Shown piece after piece: positions 60,726-64,000 of a stretch of 64,000 bases of DNA. Every line of letters starts with the position of its first letter. The first letter of the stretch is position 1. The position numbers and the translations under genes are program-made. The notes beneath the pieces are model-generated. The model saw nothing but the letters and a program-made list of their open reading frames with translations, had not been told where the DNA came from and searched no databases. The DNA comes from Rhizodiscina lignyota (taxonomy: Eukaryota): assembly GCA_010015805.1 (NCBI GenBank), contig ML978129.1:186001-250000 (forward strand), written 5' to 3'.

Positions 60726-62868
60726 ATGGATTCCAAAGACAAGAATGATGCCCCTGTTGCATCATATTCTCCAGAGGCGATGAGGGCAGAGGATAGCAAG
60801 GCCATGGTCCATACTGATCAGGCCTTGAACCAAATCAGAGAAGCATATGGTCCTCCGGGTATGTGAATTCCACTTTGCGTATCGCTTCAGTGTCAAGTGC
60901 GGAGTTGCTGATGTGTGAAGGATTTCGTGGACTATTCGCCTCGAGCTACGTAGCTCTCTGTGCCTCTTTCTCTGCAATGGGCGGCTTGCTGTTTGGATAT
61001 GAGTACGCCGAACATCAGCCCATGCTATATTAGCCAAGAACTTTGCTAACGGCGACACAGCCAAGGCGTTGTTTCTGTAATCCTCGTCATGCCTCAGTTT
61101 CTTGACCGATTTAGTCGAGTTTCCGATACGGCATCAGGCGCTGGTTTCTGGAAAGGCTTACTGACGGCAATGATTGAACTCGGAGCACTAATTGGTAATA
61201 TCTTAACACTTTGAGTGCCTGACTTGAGCTTATCGGATGCAGGTGCACTGAACCAAGGGTGGATCGCAGACAAGATCTCCCGAAAGTACTCGATCGCTGT
61301 TGCTGTCTGTATTTTTATCCTTGGATCTGCTTTACAGACTGGTGCCGTCGATTATGCCATGCTCGTCGTTGCACGTCTTATTGGAGGCGTTGGAATTGGC
61401 ATGCTGTCTATGGTTGCTCCTCTATACATTTCAGAGATTGCGCCTCCAGAAATTCGGGGCGCATTACTGGTATTGGAAGAATTCAGCATCGTAACAGGAA
61501 TCGTCATTGCTTTCTGGATCACGTATGGCACCCAATATATCTCCTCCGAATGGGCCTGGAGAGCGCCGTTTCTCATCCAGATTGCCCCTGGGTTGATTCT
61601 CGGACTCGGAGTATTTCTTTTACCATTCAGCCCACGATGGCTTGTCTCTAAAGGTCGCGATAAAGAGGCCCTCGCAACTCTGGCCAAACTTCGGCGACTC
61701 CCCGAATCCGACAAGCGTGTTGAGCAGGAGTGGTTTGATATCAGAGCGGAAGTGGTCTTCCAGCGAGAAATTCTTGTGGAGCGTCATCCAAAACTCCAAG
61801 ATCGATCGCGGACCAGCCGCATCAAGCTCGAGATTCTGTCCTGGGCGGACTGCTTCAGACCTGGTTGCTGGCGCCGTACCCACGTCGGTGTCGGTTTGAT
61901 GTTCTTCCAGCAGGTAACGTCTCTTGAATGTTCCAACTGTTAAATGGCTAAAGCTAACCTCTCATTTTAGTTTGTGGGCATGTATGTAACAAATCTCCAC
62001 TCCCCGACTTTTGTCGTATTCAATTCTAAAGACATTATTATCTCATACCTCGAACCAAGATAGCGCGCAGCATTGATTTCCACTCAGGGAGACGGAGACT
62101 AACTTTTACTTAGAAATGCGTTAATCTACTACTCGCCCACGCTCTTCCAAACCATGGGCCAAGGCCACTCCATGCAACTCATTCTTTCGGGGGTGCTCAA
62201 CATTGCACAGTTGGTGGGAGTCGCGACCAGCCTGTGGACAATGGATCGCTTCGGACGCCGGCCATTGTTGCTCTGGGGAAGCGTCTTTATGACCATCAGT
62301 CATGTCATTATCGCGGCCTTGGTGGGACAATTTTCAAACAATTGGCCGGCTCATACTGGCCCTGGATGGACTAGTGTCGCGTTTCTGTTTGTCTACATGG
62401 TCTCCTTCGGCGCTTCCTGGGGTCCTGTGCCATGGGCCATGCCGGCCGAAGTATTCCCTTCGTCGCTACGTGCCAAAGGTGTTGCGCTCTCGACATGCTC
62501 GAATTGGCTAAATAATTTCATCATCGTGAGTCGTACTTGAATGGATCTAACGAGCAGTAATTCTTACTCTGGTCAGGGTCTCATCACGCCACCACTGGTA
62601 GTGAACACCGGTTTCGGAGCCTACGTGTTCTTCGCCGTCTTTTGCGCATTGTCCTTTGTATGGACGTTCTTCTTTGTGCCTGGTAAGGCGTTAACGCGAA
62701 ATTTAGCTCGTAGAACGATACACTAACTGTGCAACAGAAACCAATGGACGCTCTCTAGAGCAGATGGATCACGTATTCAAAGACCATACGACTGAGGCGG
62801 AAGAACAACGAAAGCTTCGAATCGAGAGAGATATTGTCGGTGGCAAAGATGTGCCAGCACAAGCTTGA
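60726..62868 (+). CDS. MFS sugar porter, multiple introns including an 11-nt micro-exon (61971-61981)
   Basis: GGLLFGY, PLYISEIAPPEIRG, PFSPRWL, FFQQFVGINALIYY, DRFGRR, WGPVPWAMPAEVFP, PETNG. Confidence 0.93.
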
Positions 62869-63890
62869 TATTTTCGTATTGGTCGGGCAATGTGTGCATG
62901 GAGGCTTTTGTCAAGTTTCGTGTCCCTTATTTGCGACACTGTACTCTATACCAGGCCTTGAACAGGGCTAATACTGACATTCCTGGCGTTCGAGCTGGAA
63001 ATGAGAGCCATTAAATGAATCAGGTGTCACAGGACGGTTGGGTCGCCAATTCCACTACTGCATGAGTATGGACTTCCCGGATCATAGTGGAAAGACGCCT
63101 ACATATTAATCAAGCATAGTTTAACAATCATAAGTATCCCCCAGGCAAATTCCCCCGCACATCAGACAGAACGACAGCCTCGTCATGGCACATTGGCTTC
63201 TTGCCGCGAGTTGAGCCTTAAGCCTTGTGCATCAAGTTCGCGCTGTGAAAGTGACTCGCCTCACTCACGTAGTTATGGTACAACATTGATGTGGACAGCA
63301 TCTTGTTAGCCGGATATTCCGCCGACAGAAGAGAGTGATGAATAAAGAGTAGTTCTCGCATATGGGGTTCTTTCTGGTAGGAGCTTAACGGTCCCCAAGC
63401 TCTCCCAAGACTGCCAAGTGCGCGCCAAGACCTCTCCGCCAATGGGACCCACATCTCCGCCGGCTGAGCGCCGTCCTCGGCGCGTCTTTTGAACCAACCT
63501 AAACACCACCATCGAGCACGGGGATTCCTCCACTCGCACTACGAAGACGTGCCATTCCTGAACATCGAAAATTCCATGTCAACATTCATCGAGGAAGCCA
63601 CTTATACCAGGAACTTCGCAGGGCATGCTTAGAAATAGCTCCTGTTCATTGGACAATTGAGCCGACTCCTGAAGCTCCATCTGACGATCTAAAGAGCTTG
63701 GAGCTATGAGATTTGTTTGTCTTTGTGCTTTGGTACGACTTTTGACGTAGAGCTGCAGTCATCTCGCAGAAATGGACGGAAGGTAGAATGGACTTAAGAA
63801 GGAAGCTGCTCGCTGCCTGCAAAGCCGTGCCCTGAGAAGACTCTTACTCTGCTTCATTCATTCCACTTTTCTATCAACGATCGATTAGCT

Positions 63891-64000
63891 ATGCTTCTAT
63901 CTTTGGCCTCGCTCTTACTCCTCGTTGGCTCTGTCACTGCCAGCTGGGAAGGAAATATCAATTATCGTAGCCCTTCAGAGCGACATGCCTCACTCGGAAT
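63891..64000 (+). CDS. 5' end of a secreted PhoD-type alkaline phosphatase (3' truncated)
   Basis: Signal peptide followed by WEGNINYRSPSERHASLG, resembling fungal PhoD N-termini. Confidence 0.65.
   Translation, partial: MLLSLASLLLLVGSVTASWEGNINYRSPSERHASLG

Noticed and set aside
1..64000. tRNA, rRNA, CRISPR arrays, transposases, telomerase template, TGA-CTA readthrough signals
   Set aside because: None recognised by eye; GTTCGA-like hits lack cloverleaf context. tRNAscan-SE and Rfam would be needed to exclude them formally

Overview
Gene-dense, intron-containing DNA from a filamentous ascomycete (Pezizomycotina; short GT-AG introns with CTRAY branch points and a nuclear ATP9 gene; Dothideomycetes is a guess). 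It holds about 28 protein-coding genes, mostly housekeeping: DUF4050 protein, RFC1, NFU1, GH63-like glucosidase, M20 beta-alanine synthase, RPS10, SDE2, RGP1, Stc1-domain protein, dynactin p150, CE12 esterase, peroxisomal ABC-D transporter, SDR, ATP9, COX20, GH5 sterylglucosidase, MSN5, RRG9, MpaB-like oxygenase, DUF155 protein, UTP22, MFS sugar transporter and the start of a PhoD phosphatase. Two accessory-looking patches lie at about 7.4-11.3 kb and 49.4-54 kb. The most striking non-routine signal is RFC1 intron 1. It contains a ~65-bp imperfect RNA hairpin that buries a second in-frame splice donor, followed by an in-frame Kozak ATG that would swap the PIP-box N-terminus for an NLS-like one. 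Also notable are a ~280-nt nested multi-stem candidate ncRNA downstream of NFU1 and a decayed 4 x ~278-bp coding-type tandem repeat. I recognised no tRNA, rRNA, CRISPR array or intact transposon. All calls are by eye; no database search or folding program was run.
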